Made by a program: the position numbers and the translations under genes. This document shows positions 11,359-21,771 of a stretch of DNA of 64,000 nt, in pieces; position 1 is the first letter of the stretch; each line of letters begins with the position of its first letter. The stretch covers positions 33,017 to 97,016 of the forward strand of contig JABSQA010000001.1 in assembly GCA_013213825.1 (NCBI GenBank), read 5' to 3'. Under the pieces are notes generated by a model that saw only the letters and a program-made list of their open reading frames with translations, had not been told where the DNA came from and searched no databases. The DNA comes from Henriciella sp. (GTDB lineage Bacteria; Pseudomonadota; Alphaproteobacteria; Caulobacterales; Hyphomonadaceae).

Positions 11359-14037
11359 TCAGGTCTTGTCCTTAAGTTTATAGATCAAATCGAGAGCCTC
11401 ACGCGGCGTCAAACGATCAGGATCGAGGTTTTCGAGCAATTCTAGGACCGGGTGGGATGCGAGATCCAGGGTGTCTTCGACCTCTTCTGCAGCTGCGGCG
11501 AATAAAGGCAACGTCTCCACGGCATCCGGCGCGGCTTCTAGTTTTTTCAACACCTGCTCGGCGCGCTTGACGGCCCTCGACGGCATTCCAGCCAATCTCG
11601 CGACATGGACCCCATACGAACGATCCGCTGGACCCGCTTGGACATCATGCAAAAAGACCAAGTCGTCTTTCCATTCCTTCGCCCGCAAAGACAGGTTGCT
11701 GGCCGCAGGCAAATCCTCCGCCAGGCCCGTCAATTCATGATAATGAGTGGCAAACAAAGCGCGGCACTTATTGGTGTTGTGCAAATGCTCGACCGCGGAC
11801 CAAGCGATAGCTAATCCATCATAGGTGGACGTGCCGCGCCCGACCTCGTCCAAAATGACGAAAGACTGTTCGGTGGCTTGCGTCAGAATGGTCGCTGTCT
11901 CAACCATTTCGACCATAAAGGTCGATCGACCGCGCGATAGATCATCGCTAGCGCCGACTCTTGAAAACACGCGATCAGCCAAACCTAAAGTCAACCGCCG
12001 CGCCGGCACATAAAGACCGGCCTGCGCCAAAATCACGGCCAGACAGGTTTGACGCAAATAAGTCGATTTACCCGCCATATTGGGGCCCGTGACCAAAGCG
12101 AGCCGTGGCGCCTGACCCCCTCGGGCGTCCAATTGGGTGTCATTCGCGGTAAAGCCATCGCCCTGTTTGCGCAGCGCGGCTTCAACGACGGGATGGCGAA
12201 GGCCTTCGGCGTCAAAAATGGGCTCATCCGCGAGGGTTGGTCGGACGGCCCCTGTCTCTTGGGCCCATTCTGCCCCCGCCGCCGCGGTGTCGAGTTCGGC
12301 CAGCGCATTCGCGGCCGCGCTCAGGGGGATGGATAAGCTTTCGACGCGCTCACAGAAAGATTCAAATATGGCCAGCTCGCGGCCTTTAGCGATGTCATCG
12401 GCGCGCGAGATCTTTCCGGCGAGCTCGGACAATTCGGCGGTCGAGAATCGCACGTTCGACGCCAATGTCTGACGATGAATGAACGTCTCCGCCAAAGGCG
12501 ACTGCATCATTGGATCGGCATGGCGGGCTGGCACATCAATGAAATAGCCCAGCACATTGTTGAATTTAATCTTCAGCGCCGTGATGTTGGTTTGCGCACT
12601 ATACCGTGTTTGCAGCTCAGCAATGATTTGGCGGCTATCGGATTTTAAGTCTCTGGCCTCGTCGAGGGCGACGTCCCAGCCGGGTGCGATAAACCCGCCA
12701 TCGCGCGCCAAAGTCGGAAGCTCCTCGGCTAAGGCGTCCCGCAAGTCACGGGCTAAGGCGGCAAGATCCGGTTGGTGCGAAAGGGTGAGCGCGACCAAAG
12801 CTTGCTCTATTAGGTCAGGTGGATTGGTTTGTGCTTTGGTCACTTGCGCCACGGCCGTTTCGCCAGCCTTTAATGCGGCTGCGATCGCGGCCAGATCTCG
12901 CGGCCCGCCGCGGCCAAGACGAATGCGCGCGCGGGCGCGTTCGAGATCAGGCGATGCTTTCAAAGCGTTGCGGATGGATTGGCGCAAATGATCATTGGCG
13001 AGGAAATAGGCGATCGCATCATGGCGGGCTGAGATCGTTTGCGCATCTGTTTCCGGCCGGGCCAATCGTGCCGCAAGCAGCCGTGCGCCTGGGGATGTGA
13101 GCGTACGATCTATCGTTGCGAGCAAGCTGCCCTGCCGCGATCCATTCAGCGCGACATCTATTTCAAGGCTGGCGCGCGTCGCTGGATCAATGGCGAGAAC
13201 TGTGCCGCTTGGTCCACGATGTGGCGGGTCGAGACGTATGTCGGCCCCAGCTTGGGTCAGGGTGAGATAGTCCAATAGCAAACCGATGGCGGCGAGCTCG
13301 GTTTTCGAGAACACACCAAACGAGTCCAGCGCGGCGATTTTGAAGGCGTCTTTGAGAAGACGTTCGCCGGATTTGGCGCTTGCGGCACTGTTTGGGCGAT
13401 AGGTGATCGCTGGTCGCAGCGCTTCATTGGCCGCGCGCACCAAAGGGCGGTCGGCATCACGTTCGGTCAGCAGCAATTCTTTGATCGGCAAAGCACCGAG
13501 CGTTTCTGATAGGGATTCCGGCGCGAACGCGCGGACTTCCAAATAGCCGGTCGAGACATCGCACGCGGCAAACGCAGCATCCGTGCCTGCAGCTGAGAAT
13601 GCCACGGCCGTTAAAACGTGTCCTTGGCGCGCTGAGAGCAAACTCTCTTCTGTAATCGTGCCGGGCGTCACGATGCGAACAATCTCACGATTAACGATAG
13701 CTTTCGAGCCGCGTTTCTTGGCCTCTGCCGGACTTTCCGTCTGTTCGCAGACGGCGACGCGCTCGCCGGCTTTAATTAATCGCGCGAGATAACCTTCAGC
13801 TGCATGGTAAGGGACGCCGGCCATTGGTATGGGCGCGCCATCATGTTCGCCGCGTGATGTCAGTGTGATATCGAGGATTTCCGCGGCCCGGACCGCGTCC
13901 TGGAAAAACAATTCATAAAAATCGCCCATGCGGAAGAAAAGCAGCGCGTCTTCATGCTCTGCCTTTATCGCCAAGTACTGCGCCATGAAGGGCGTCGGCG
14001 CCTTTGGTTTTTTTACAGGTCCAGCGGTATCGGCCAA
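11359..14037 (-). CDS. mutS: DNA mismatch repair protein MutS
   Basis: [53 protein letters not shown]. Confidence 0.98.
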   Translation of the reverse strand: MADTAGPVKKPKAPTPFMAQYLAIKAEHEDALLFFRMGDFYELFFQDAVRAAEILDITLTSRGEHDGAPIPMAGVPYHAAEGYLARLIKAGERVAVCEQTESPAEAKKRGSKAIVNREIVRIVTPGTITEESLLSARQGHVLTAVAFSAAGTDAAFAACDVSTGYLEVRAFAPESLSETLGALPIKELLLTERDADRPLVRAANEALRPAITYRPNSAASAKSGERLLKDAFKIAALDSFGVFSKTELAAIGLLLDYLTLTQAGADIRLDPPHRGPSGTVLAIDPATRASLEIDVALNGSRQGSLLATIDRTLTSPGARLLAARLARPETDAQTISARHDAIAYFLANDHLRQSIRNALKASPDLERARARIRLGRGGPRDLAAIAAALKAGETAVAQVTKAQTNPPDLIEQALVALTLSHQPDLAALARDLRDALAEELPTLARDGGFIAPGWDVALDEARDLKSDSRQIIAELQTRYSAQTNITALKIKFNNVLGYFIDVPARHADPMMQSPLAETFIHRQTLASNVRFSTAELSELAGKISRADDIAKGRELAIFESFCERVESLSIPLSAAANALAELDTAAAGAEWAQETGAVRPTLADEPIFDAEGLRHPVVEAALRKQGDGFTANDTQLDARGGQAPRLALVTGPNMAGKSTYLRQTCLAVILAQAGLYVPARRLTLGLADRVFSRVGASDDLSRGRSTFMVEMVETATILTQATEQSFVILDEVGRGTSTYDGLAIAWSAVEHLHNTNKCRALFATHYHELTGLAEDLPAASNLSLRAKEWKDDLVFLHDVQAGPADRSYGVHVARLAGMPSRAVKRAEQVLKKLEAAPDAVETLPLFAAAAEEVEDTLDLASHPVLELLENLDPDRLTPREALDLIYKLKDKT

Positions 14038-14156
14038 AGTCTTGCGAATCCTTCGATCAAACTTCCGAATAAAGCATTCACAACGGCTTGTCCCCCCTTG
14101 CGGACACGCTTAAGAGGCGACACAAAATTCGCAAAGTCGCGAAAGGCGAACAGATT

Positions 14157-16430
14157 ATGACCACCAAGCGTCCAAGCTTCACCGATCAAGAAGCGCTTGA
14201 TTTCCACGCCGTTCCTACGCCCGGCAAAATCTCGATGATGCCGACCAAGCCGATGCAGACGCAGCGCGACCTGTCTCTGGCTTACAGTCCTGGTGTGGCC
14301 GTCCCGGTGGAAGCGATCGGTCGCGATCCAGATCTTGCGTATGACTACACGGCGAAAGGCAATATGGTGGCGGTGATTTCCAATGGCACCGCGATCCTTG
14401 GTCTTGGCGATCTCGGTGCGATGGCATCCAAGCCGGTCATGGAGGGCAAATCCGTCCTGTTCAAACGGTTTGCGGACATTGATAGTTTCGATGTCGAGGT
14501 CGAAACGAAAGACATTGATGAGTTCTGCACGGTCGTCCGCAATATTGGCGCGACTTGGGGTGGCATTAATCTCGAAGACATCGCTTCGCCAGAAGCCTTC
14601 ATCATTGAGCAGCGTTTGCGCGAAGAGCTCGATATCCCGGTCTTTCACGATGATCAGCACGGCACAGCGATTATTGCCGCGGCTGGAATTATCAATGCCT
14701 GCGCCATTACCGAACGGCGTTTGGAAGATCTCACTGTCGCCGTCTCGGGCGCGGGGGCAGCGGGCATTTCAGTCGCTGGCCTCATCCGCCATCTCGGGGT
14801 CAAAGCCGAAAACATCCTGATGTGTGACAGCCGCGGTGTGCTCTATGAAGGCCGCACGGAGAAAATGGACCAGTTCAAGTCTGCCTTTACGGTGAAAACC
14901 GATAAGCGGACTTTGGCTGAAGCTATGGATGGCGTCGATTGTTTCCTTGGCCTTTCGGTCAAAGGCGCGGTCAGCCAGGACATGGTCAAATCCATGGCTA
15001 AGAATCCTATCATATTTGCAATGGCCAATCCCGACCCGGAAATCACACCGGAAGAGATCAAAGCTGTTCGCGGCGACGCGATTATTGCCACCGGACGGTC
15101 TGATTATCCAAACCAAGTCAATAATGTGCTGGGCTTTCCATACATTTTCCGGGGCGCTTTGGACGTGCGCGCGCGGGGGATCAACGAAGAAATGAAAGTC
15201 GCTGCGGCGCGGGCGCTGGCGGAATTGGCGCGCGAGGATGTTCCTGACGAAGTTGCTGCCGCCTATCATGGTGCGCGCCCGCAATTTGGGCCAGATTATA
15301 TCATCCCAACCCCATTCGATCCGCGACTGATCAGCTTTATTCCACCTTTTGTCGCTCAAGCCGCGATGGATACTGGCGTCGCCCGTAAGCCAATTGAGGA
15401 TATGGAAGAATATCGTCACTCATTGGCCCGGCGGCTCGACCCGACGGCCGCCTTCTTGCAAGGGGTTCAGTCCGCGGTACGCCGCGCGCAAAAACGGATC
15501 GTGTTTGCTGAAGGGGAAGAACCACAAGTTGTTCGCGCAGCATGGACATTCAAACAGCAAGGACTCGGCCACCCCGTCTTGATTGGACGAGAAGCTCAAG
15601 TCGAGCGGACGATGAAGCAGATGGGTGTGCCTGAAGGTGCCTTGGAAATCATCAATGCGCGCCTGTCGGATCGCAACGCCGACTACACGGACTATCTTTA
15701 TGAGCGCTTACAACGCCGCGGCTATCTCAAGCGAGACGCACAGCGTTTGGTCAATCAAGACCGGAACGTGTTTGGCAGCTGTATGCTGGCGCATGGTGAT
15801 GCAGATGGCATGGTCACGGGTGTGACGCGGAATTACGATGTCTGCCTTACCGATGTTCGCCTCTCTTTAGACCCTCTGCCGGATTGCGACGTCATCGGCA
15901 TGTCCATGGTGATCAATCGCGGAAAGACCATTTTTATCGCGGATACCAGTGTCAGCGAATTGCCAGATGGTGAGCAATTGGCCGGTATCGCTAAAGAGGC
16001 TGCAAAAGCGGTGAAGCGTCTTGGCTTCGTCCCGCGCATTGCCTTCTTGTCTTACTCCACCTTTGGTAACCCCATGGGGGAACGCGCTGAAAAAGTCCGC
16101 GACGCAGTGGAAATCCTAGACGCCTGCGATGATTGCGATTTTGAATATGAAGGGGACATTGCTGCAGATGTCGCGCTCAATCCGATGCATAAAGTGCTGT
16201 ATCCATTCTCGCGCCTCTCAGGTGAAGCCAATGTGCTGATTATGCCTGCCATCCATTCAGCATCGATTTCGACCAAATTGTTGGAAGGCATGTCCCGCGC
16301 AACGATTATCGGACCGGTGCTGCTCGGCATGTCTAAATCAGTTCAAATCGCATCATTGGGGGCGACGGTGAACGATATCGTCAATCTCGCCACAGTGGCG
16401 GCGTTTGATATTGATCGGGTTGGGTCTTAG
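14157..16430 (+). CDS. maeB: NADP-dependent malic enzyme with PTA-like C-terminal domain
   Basis: LSLAYSPGVA, GKSVLFKRFADID, FHDDQHGTA, GRSDYPNQVNN, then RIVFAEGEE; start moved to ATG 14157. Confidence 0.95.
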   Translation: MTTKRPSFTDQEALDFHAVPTPGKISMMPTKPMQTQRDLSLAYSPGVAVPVEAIGRDPDLAYDYTAKGNMVAVISNGTAILGLGDLGAMASKPVMEGKSVLFKRFADIDSFDVEVETKDIDEFCTVVRNIGATWGGINLEDIASPEAFIIEQRLREELDIPVFHDDQHGTAIIAAAGIINACAITERRLEDLTVAVSGAGAAGISVAGLIRHLGVKAENILMCDSRGVLYEGRTEKMDQFKSAFTVKTDKRTLAEAMDGVDCFLGLSVKGAVSQDMVKSMAKNPIIFAMANPDPEITPEEIKAVRGDAIIATGRSDYPNQVNNVLGFPYIFRGALDVRARGINEEMKVAAARALAELAREDVPDEVAAAYHGARPQFGPDYIIPTPFDPRLISFIPPFVAQAAMDTGVARKPIEDMEEYRHSLARRLDPTAAFLQGVQSAVRRAQKRIVFAEGEEPQVVRAAWTFKQQGLGHPVLIGREAQVERTMKQMGVPEGALEIINARLSDRNADYTDYLYERLQRRGYLKRDAQRLVNQDRNVFGSCMLAHGDADGMVTGVTRNYDVCLTDVRLSLDPLPDCDVIGMSMVINRGKTIFIADTSVSELPDGEQLAGIAKEAAKAVKRLGFVPRIAFLSYSTFGNPMGERAEKVRDAVEILDACDDCDFEYEGDIAADVALNPMHKVLYPFSRLSGEANVLIMPAIHSASISTKLLEGMSRATIIGPVLLGMSKSVQIASLGATVNDIVNLATVAAFDIDRVGS

Positions 16431-16434
16431 TCGG

Positions 16435-18207
16435 CTAGTTCTTTGCCGCGATTTGTTCATTGAGGATCAGGCTTTGCTGATCACTCGAAGAGCGAGTCTG
16501 TCGGATCCATTCCAAAATACAAAGAATAACTGCGATGCCGCCGAGCCAGAAGGTGAGGACGAAGACGTGATAGAAGCCTTGCGCTTCCATCAATTCTCCA
16601 AGCCATGCACGACCCAGCGTGCCCAGTAGCATGGTGAGCGAGACCAGAAGCGCATACTGCATGGCGGCATATCTTGGGTTCACGATGCTGGTGAGATAAG
16701 CTGTGATGGCCACGAGCGCCAAACCGCCCGCAATGTTCTCAGCAAAGATTGTTAGCATGAGGCGTGCCATGCGTTGCCCTTGATCGTCGGGAATTGAGAC
16801 CGCCTCCGGTTGCATTGTCGCCGCCCATTCGGCGAAAGCAACGAGCGGAATATCCAAACGTGTGAGCGCCAAAAACGCGTCGACATTCGCGCCGCCGACG
16901 GCGAGATCTGCATAGAGCAGATTTGTCACGGCGGCGACAATCGCGCCAATGAACAAGATCGGCATGCGTCCGAGCAGCGTAATCAAGGTGGCACCCAAAA
17001 ACGCGCCGAATATGGTGGCGATCACGCCAGAGAATTTGGACGCGATACCGACATCGTCCAAACTATGGCCGAGCGCGCCATAGTTCTCGCCAAGATAGAA
17101 GGCATAAGCCAGAGAGCCCCAAACTGCGTCCGTGAAGCGATACATCAGTGCAAGACCGAGCACCAAAATAATACCCCAGCGCAGCCGCTTTAATAGGTCC
17201 ATCAATGGATCAAAGATCGCGCGGAACAAGACCCCGGTTATCGCGGTCTTTCTGTCTGGCGCGGCGCCTCCAACACGTATGGACGATTCCTCACCGCGTT
17301 CAATAAACACCAGCCAAGCCGAAGTTAGTGTCGGAACAATGACGGTTAGTGCGACGATCATCCAACCTTGGTTTCGAACGAACGTTCGCGCGCTGGATCC
17401 TTCGGGGTCATTGATAAACCCAATTAGAAAGCTTGCAATCATCGTAAAGGCGATCAGCCAGCTGCCAGCAACGATCCAGACCCCCATATCGACTTTTTGT
17501 GCGGGGAGGCTGGGTTGATAACTTACGTGCTCATAGGTGCCGTCTTCATCGGCCTCAGTCGCTTTGGGTTCCGGAGCTAAAAGGGTGCCGATGATGCAAA
17601 GCGCCATGAAAACAGCGATCATGACATAGACGCCGACCCAGCCTATTCTCGCGGCCAGAATCAAGGCGACAAAGCCACTAATGAAGCCGCCAAACTTGTA
17701 CCCGAATTGGTACAAAGCGGACATCAGATCTTTGTCTTCCTCTGATTCCGCGACTTCGATCCGCCACGCGTCCAAAATCAGGTCATGCGTAGGCGAGAGC
17801 AGCGTCGTGATAAAGGCGAGTATTGTAACCAGCCCAATATTCTGAGCAGGATTAGAGAAGGCCAAAATCAAGAGCGCGATCGAAATGGCCAATTGAAGCG
17901 CCATTAGCCAAGACCTGCGGCCGCCAATCTTCAAGAAGGGCAATTCTCTCGCACGTTGGAAGGCTGGCGCCCAAAGGTATTTGAACGCGTACCCCATTGT
18001 ACCGAGCCCAATGGCGCCAATAATGGCGGGGCCGATGCCCTCTTTCGTGAGCCAAGCTGTGAGAACACCCAAGACCGCGCCATAGGGCAAGCTGGCGGCG
18101 AATGATAGAATGACCATGGCGGCCATTTTGCGATCGTTTAGGGATCTAAAAGCCCGTAATAGGCGCGATTCATTCTGTGTCCCAGCTGTCGTCGCAGTGT
18201 CGCTCAC
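16435..18207 (-). CDS. ampG: AmpG-like MFS muropeptide transporter
   Basis: FKYLWAP, GGRRSWL, THDLILDAWRIE, YRFTDAVW, YAMQYALLVSL; GTG start overlaps the upstream TGA (GTGA). Confidence 0.8.
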   Translation of the reverse strand: MSDTATTAGTQNESRLLRAFRSLNDRKMAAMVILSFAASLPYGAVLGVLTAWLTKEGIGPAIIGAIGLGTMGYAFKYLWAPAFQRARELPFLKIGGRRSWLMALQLAISIALLILAFSNPAQNIGLVTILAFITTLLSPTHDLILDAWRIEVAESEEDKDLMSALYQFGYKFGGFISGFVALILAARIGWVGVYVMIAVFMALCIIGTLLAPEPKATEADEDGTYEHVSYQPSLPAQKVDMGVWIVAGSWLIAFTMIASFLIGFINDPEGSSARTFVRNQGWMIVALTVIVPTLTSAWLVFIERGEESSIRVGGAAPDRKTAITGVLFRAIFDPLMDLLKRLRWGIILVLGLALMYRFTDAVWGSLAYAFYLGENYGALGHSLDDVGIASKFSGVIATIFGAFLGATLITLLGRMPILFIGAIVAAVTNLLYADLAVGGANVDAFLALTRLDIPLVAFAEWAATMQPEAVSIPDDQGQRMARLMLTIFAENIAGGLALVAITAYLTSIVNPRYAAMQYALLVSLTMLLGTLGRAWLGELMEAQGFYHVFVLTFWLGGIAVILCILEWIRQTRSSSDQQSLILNEQIAAKN

Positions 18208-19682
18208 GCTGCCCCCGCTTGCGATGGCAGATCGATCCACTTGAAGGCCAGCTGGCGTAGCGCTTCAGCCTCTAAGGGCTTAGCGGCAACGCCATTTGCG
18301 CCGACGAGGCGGGCGCGCTTTTCGATTTCGGGATTCATCTCAGCCGAGACTGCGATCACCGGAGTCTTATTGCCGCTGGCGCGCAGGCGTTTGGTTGCTT
18401 CAAAACCATCCATGATTGGCATGCGTAAATCCATCAAAATCAAGTCTGGACTGATTTGCTCGACGGCGTCGAGGGCTTCTCGTCCGGTTGATGCAACGGT
18501 GACGGCAAATCCTGACGATTCCAAGGCACGCCGCGCAATCAGCCCATTAATTGGATTGTCGTCGGCAATAAGAATGTGACCGCTGCCGGTTTCGGGCGTT
18601 TCAGTCTCGTTCGACTTACCGCCTGCGACGGCAAGACCTGCGCGTTCAATCACTGAGGCGGCGCGGAGCGGACGCACCAGCCACCCTGCAGCCCCAAAGG
18701 TTCGAAAGCGGGGCATTTCGGCCCGGTCTTCATGCCGGAGGACTATGAGCGTCGGTGCAATCTCGCACAGCGCTCTTAAGGTACGCTCAGGCAAGTCAGC
18801 GTTTGCGAGAAACAGTTTCGCCTTCGTGCGTAGAGCCGCATGCGGTGGCAACATATTGATGACGGTGGCCCCCACTTGCGCCAAGGTTGCGGAGGCCGAA
18901 AGCGCTGTACCGGTCGGAAGGCCGACCAGAACGATCCGACCTTCTATTGAGTCATTCGCCGGCAAGGGTTCGCGCGGCGCGACTTGCGGCAGGGGCAGGC
19001 GAACACGAAAACAGGTGCCGACGCCAATTTGGCTTGAGATCGAAATATCGCCGCTCATAGCATCGCAAATGCGCCGGACAATGGCGAGCCCAAGCCCCAC
19101 GCCGCCATCTTTCTGCGCGTCTTCGTGGCTGACTTGTTGAAAAGCCTCAAATAGCGATTTCTGATCATCGTCAGAAATGCCGGGTCCTGTGTCGTATACA
19201 TCCAGGCAAAGCGCCTCGTCTTGATAGTCCAGATCGACGAGGATGGAGCCAGACTCGGTAAATTTCAGCGCATTGCCGACCAGATTAAACAGGATTTGCC
19301 GTGTCTTACCGGAGTCACCGTTGAGCGTGAGCGATCGTTCAACTCGGCAGCGCAGCGCGATATCGAGGCCGCGGCTATGCGCGCGTGACGCTAGGAGCTC
19401 GACCACTTCGCGGGCCAGGGCAGAGGGGCGGAAAACTTCGTTTGAGAGGTCTATCGATCCCGAATCCAAGCGGGCAAAGTCGAGCACATTATTGAGCAGA
19501 TCAAGCAGGCGTTCCCCCGAATTGCGGATCGCGCTGGCATATTCGCGTTGCGAGGGATTAAGCTCAGTTTCCAGCAATAGCGATACGGTGCCCAGAATGC
19601 CATTTAGCGGCGTTCGGATTTCGTGGCTGGCGGTGGCCAAGAAGGCTTGGTCCGCGCGCTGATCTGATTTTTTCTCGCTCAT
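18204..19682 (-). CDS. shkA: Soluble hybrid histidine kinase (HisKA-HATPase-pseudoREC-REC), ShkA-like
   Basis: SHEIRTPLNG, NLVGNALKFT, DTGPG, GVGLGL, degenerate REC ending GWLVRPLRAAS, REC with DDN...DLRMP; no sensor or TM domain; synteny with comM/gshB as recalled for Caulobacter. Confidence 0.7.
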   Translation of the reverse strand: MSEKKSDQRADQAFLATASHEIRTPLNGILGTVSLLLETELNPSQREYASAIRNSGERLLDLLNNVLDFARLDSGSIDLSNEVFRPSALAREVVELLASRAHSRGLDIALRCRVERSLTLNGDSGKTRQILFNLVGNALKFTESGSILVDLDYQDEALCLDVYDTGPGISDDDQKSLFEAFQQVSHEDAQKDGGVGLGLAIVRRICDAMSGDISISSQIGVGTCFRVRLPLPQVAPREPLPANDSIEGRIVLVGLPTGTALSASATLAQVGATVINMLPPHAALRTKAKLFLANADLPERTLRALCEIAPTLIVLRHEDRAEMPRFRTFGAAGWLVRPLRAASVIERAGLAVAGGKSNETETPETGSGHILIADDNPINGLIARRALESSGFAVTVASTGREALDAVEQISPDLILMDLRMPIMDGFEATKRLRASGNKTPVIAVSAEMNPEIEKRARLVGANGVAAKPLEAEALRQLAFKWIDLPSQAGAA

Positions 19683-19725
19683 TCAATCCCCTATGCCACA
19701 AGGCGTTGAGGATTTGCTTAATGCG

Positions 19726-19733
19726 ATGGTTAA
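19726..19733 (-). promoter_or_regulatory. CtrA-like TTAACCAT motif upstream of the shkA-like gene
   Basis: Minus strand reads TTAACCATCGCATTAA (TTAA-N8-TTAA). Confidence 0.35.
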
Positions 19734-21280
19734 TAATTCAGGCGATCGCCCATGCTCATTTCAACACTTTCGGCGGGGCGACGGCGATAAGATAGAGCTT
19801 CCGCGATATGAATGCGGCGTACATTCTCCGAGGCCTCCAAATCCGCGATTGTCCGCGCCACCTTCAACACGCGATGATAGGCTCGCGCCGAAAGCGAAAG
19901 CTTTTTGGCGGCGTCTTGCAACAAGTCCTGACCGGCCGGGTCTGGTGCAGCATAGGTTTCGAGATCATTCACATCCGCATCGACATTCAGGTTACGCCGA
20001 CGGGTGGGCGTATCAGACTGATAGCGTTGCGCCTGGAGGAGGCGGGCTTTTGCCACGCGCGCTGCAACGTCGCCCGACCCCTCATCGGGTGAGGGTGCGT
20101 GAAGGTCTTCAGCGGTCACGGCGGGAGTGTCGTAAAACAAGTCGATCCGATCAATAAAAGGCCCAGACAAGCGGGCTTGATATTGTTGTGCGCATCGCGG
20201 TCCTTTGCGGCAGAGGCCATTTTCTGACCCGCCGCCACAGCGACACGGGTTCATCGCGGCGATGAGTTGAAAGCGCGCTGGATATTTCACATGCCGGTTG
20301 GCTCTCGAAATGGTCACTTCGCCGTCTTCGAGGGGTTGCCGCAAACTGTCCAAAACTTGCGCGGTACACTCAGGCAGCTCGTCGAGAAAGAGAACCCCAT
20401 GATGGGCGAGCGACACTTCCCCCGGTCGGGCGCGAATGCCGCCCCCCACCAAGGCTGCCATTGAGGCTGAATGGTGCGGCGCGCGAAAGGGGCGGGCATG
20501 TGATAATTGCCCGCGTTCCAGCAGACCAGAGACGGATTGAATTTGCGAGACTTCAAGCAATTCCTTCGCTGAAAGCGGTGGTAATAGGCCGGGCAAGCGC
20601 TTGGCCAGCATCGATTTTCCAGACCCAGGCGGGCCGCAGAATAGCAAATTGTGCCCGCCGGCTGCGGCGATTTCCAAAACGCGTTTGGCGCCATCTTGGC
20701 CTTTGACATCTTTCAAATCGACTGTGTCGCGGCGCTCGATGACCAAGCCGGGCGGTAGGCAGGATAATTGAGTGCGGCCGGTAAAATGATTGATCAGGCT
20801 CAGCAGATTAGGCGCCGCGAGATTGCCTTCACCCGCCCAGGCGGCTTCTGATCCACACACTTCAGGGCAGATCAAACGCATATCGAGTTCCAGGGCCTTT
20901 ATCGCCGCGGGCAACACACCGAGCGTCGGACCCAGCTGTCCATCGAGCGAGAGCTCACCCAGCGCAGCGTGTCCGTCGAGCGCGTCTGCTGGTATGATCC
21001 CCATGACTGACATAATGCCAAGGGCGATCGCCAGATCATATTGGCTACCTTCTTTCGGCAGATCCGCAGGTGCGAGATTGACCGTTATGCGCTTAGGCGG
21101 CAGCGCCAACCCGATTGCGCTGAACGCGGCGCGGACGCGCTCTCTGCTCTCGCCGACGGCTTTATCGGGGAGGCCGACAACCATAAAGCGAGGCTGATTG
21201 CCGCCGGCCATGTGCACTTGAACATCGACGGGTGCCGCCTCAATGCCTTCAAATGCAAATGTTGTAAGTCTTGCAACCAC
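19730..21280 (-). CDS. comM: YifB/ComM Mg-chelatase-like AAA+ ATPase
   Basis: VGLPDKAVGESRERVR, NLAPADLPKEG, GPPGSGKS, FRAPHHSAS, LFLDELPE, LSARAYHR; GTG start 21280. Confidence 0.92.
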   Translation of the reverse strand: MVARLTTFAFEGIEAAPVDVQVHMAGGNQPRFMVVGLPDKAVGESRERVRAAFSAIGLALPPKRITVNLAPADLPKEGSQYDLAIALGIMSVMGIIPADALDGHAALGELSLDGQLGPTLGVLPAAIKALELDMRLICPEVCGSEAAWAGEGNLAAPNLLSLINHFTGRTQLSCLPPGLVIERRDTVDLKDVKGQDGAKRVLEIAAAGGHNLLFCGPPGSGKSMLAKRLPGLLPPLSAKELLEVSQIQSVSGLLERGQLSHARPFRAPHHSASMAALVGGGIRARPGEVSLAHHGVLFLDELPECTAQVLDSLRQPLEDGEVTISRANRHVKYPARFQLIAAMNPCRCGGGSENGLCRKGPRCAQQYQARLSGPFIDRIDLFYDTPAVTAEDLHAPSPDEGSGDVAARVAKARLLQAQRYQSDTPTRRRNLNVDADVNDLETYAAPDPAGQDLLQDAAKKLSLSARAYHRVLKVARTIADLEASENVRRIHIAEALSYRRRPAESVEMSMGDRLNY

Positions 21281-21321
21281 GTAAATATACACCCTCTGAA
21301 TACACAGTATCAGAAAGCATG

Positions 21322-21336
21322 GAACAAATAAAGAAC
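21322..21336. promoter_or_regulatory. Alphaproteobacterial LexA (SOS) box GTTC-N7-GTTC upstream of comM
   Basis: + strand GAAC-AAATAAA-GAAC, about 40 bp upstream of the comM start. Confidence 0.7.
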
Positions 21337-21347
21337 GATTTTAAGCT

Positions 21348-21749
21348 TTATTCGAGGCGGATGATTGGCTCTTCATCATCGTCCGAGTCTTCGGACTCTT
21401 CGATGACTGCAGGCGCATCGATCTCAGGCAAGTCCGAAAGACCATTTGAGGCTGAAATTCCTGCGTTGAGATTGAAACCGTCCGTGCTTGCGGGCGCCGC
21501 GGCGGGAAGACCAAGATTGAAACTTCCCCCAACATTGGCGGCTGGAGCCTCGGTCGGTACGCCGAGATTAAAACTACCGCCGACATCAGCTGCAGCGGTT
21601 TCAGCTGCTTCGGTTTCTGCAACGTCCGTTGCTACAGCTTCTGTTTCCGCCTTTGCATCGTCCTGCGCAGCTTCTTGAGCTTGCGAGCATGCGGTGCCGG
21701 CAACGCCGAGCGCGAATATTGAAGCGACTGTAAGAGCTTTCATCATCAT
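21348..21749 (-). CDS. Small acidic, low-complexity putative lipoprotein with VGGSFNLG repeats
   Basis: Signal peptide MMMKALTVASIFALGVAGTAC; Ala/Glu/Asp-rich; start 21749 avoids overlap with gshB. Confidence 0.7.
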   Translation of the reverse strand: MMMKALTVASIFALGVAGTACSQAQEAAQDDAKAETEAVATDVAETEAAETAAADVGGSFNLGVPTEAPAANVGGSFNLGLPAAAPASTDGFNLNAGISASNGLSDLPEIDAPAVIEESEDSDDDEEPIIRLE

Positions 21750-21771
21750 GGCTCCATTTTTGGCCATCTGG

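Noticed and set aside
14013-14660. 215-aa minus-strand ORF
   Set aside because: Antisense shadow of maeB
20849-20857. TGATCCACA inside comM
   Set aside because: Isolated and within coding sequence; likely chance
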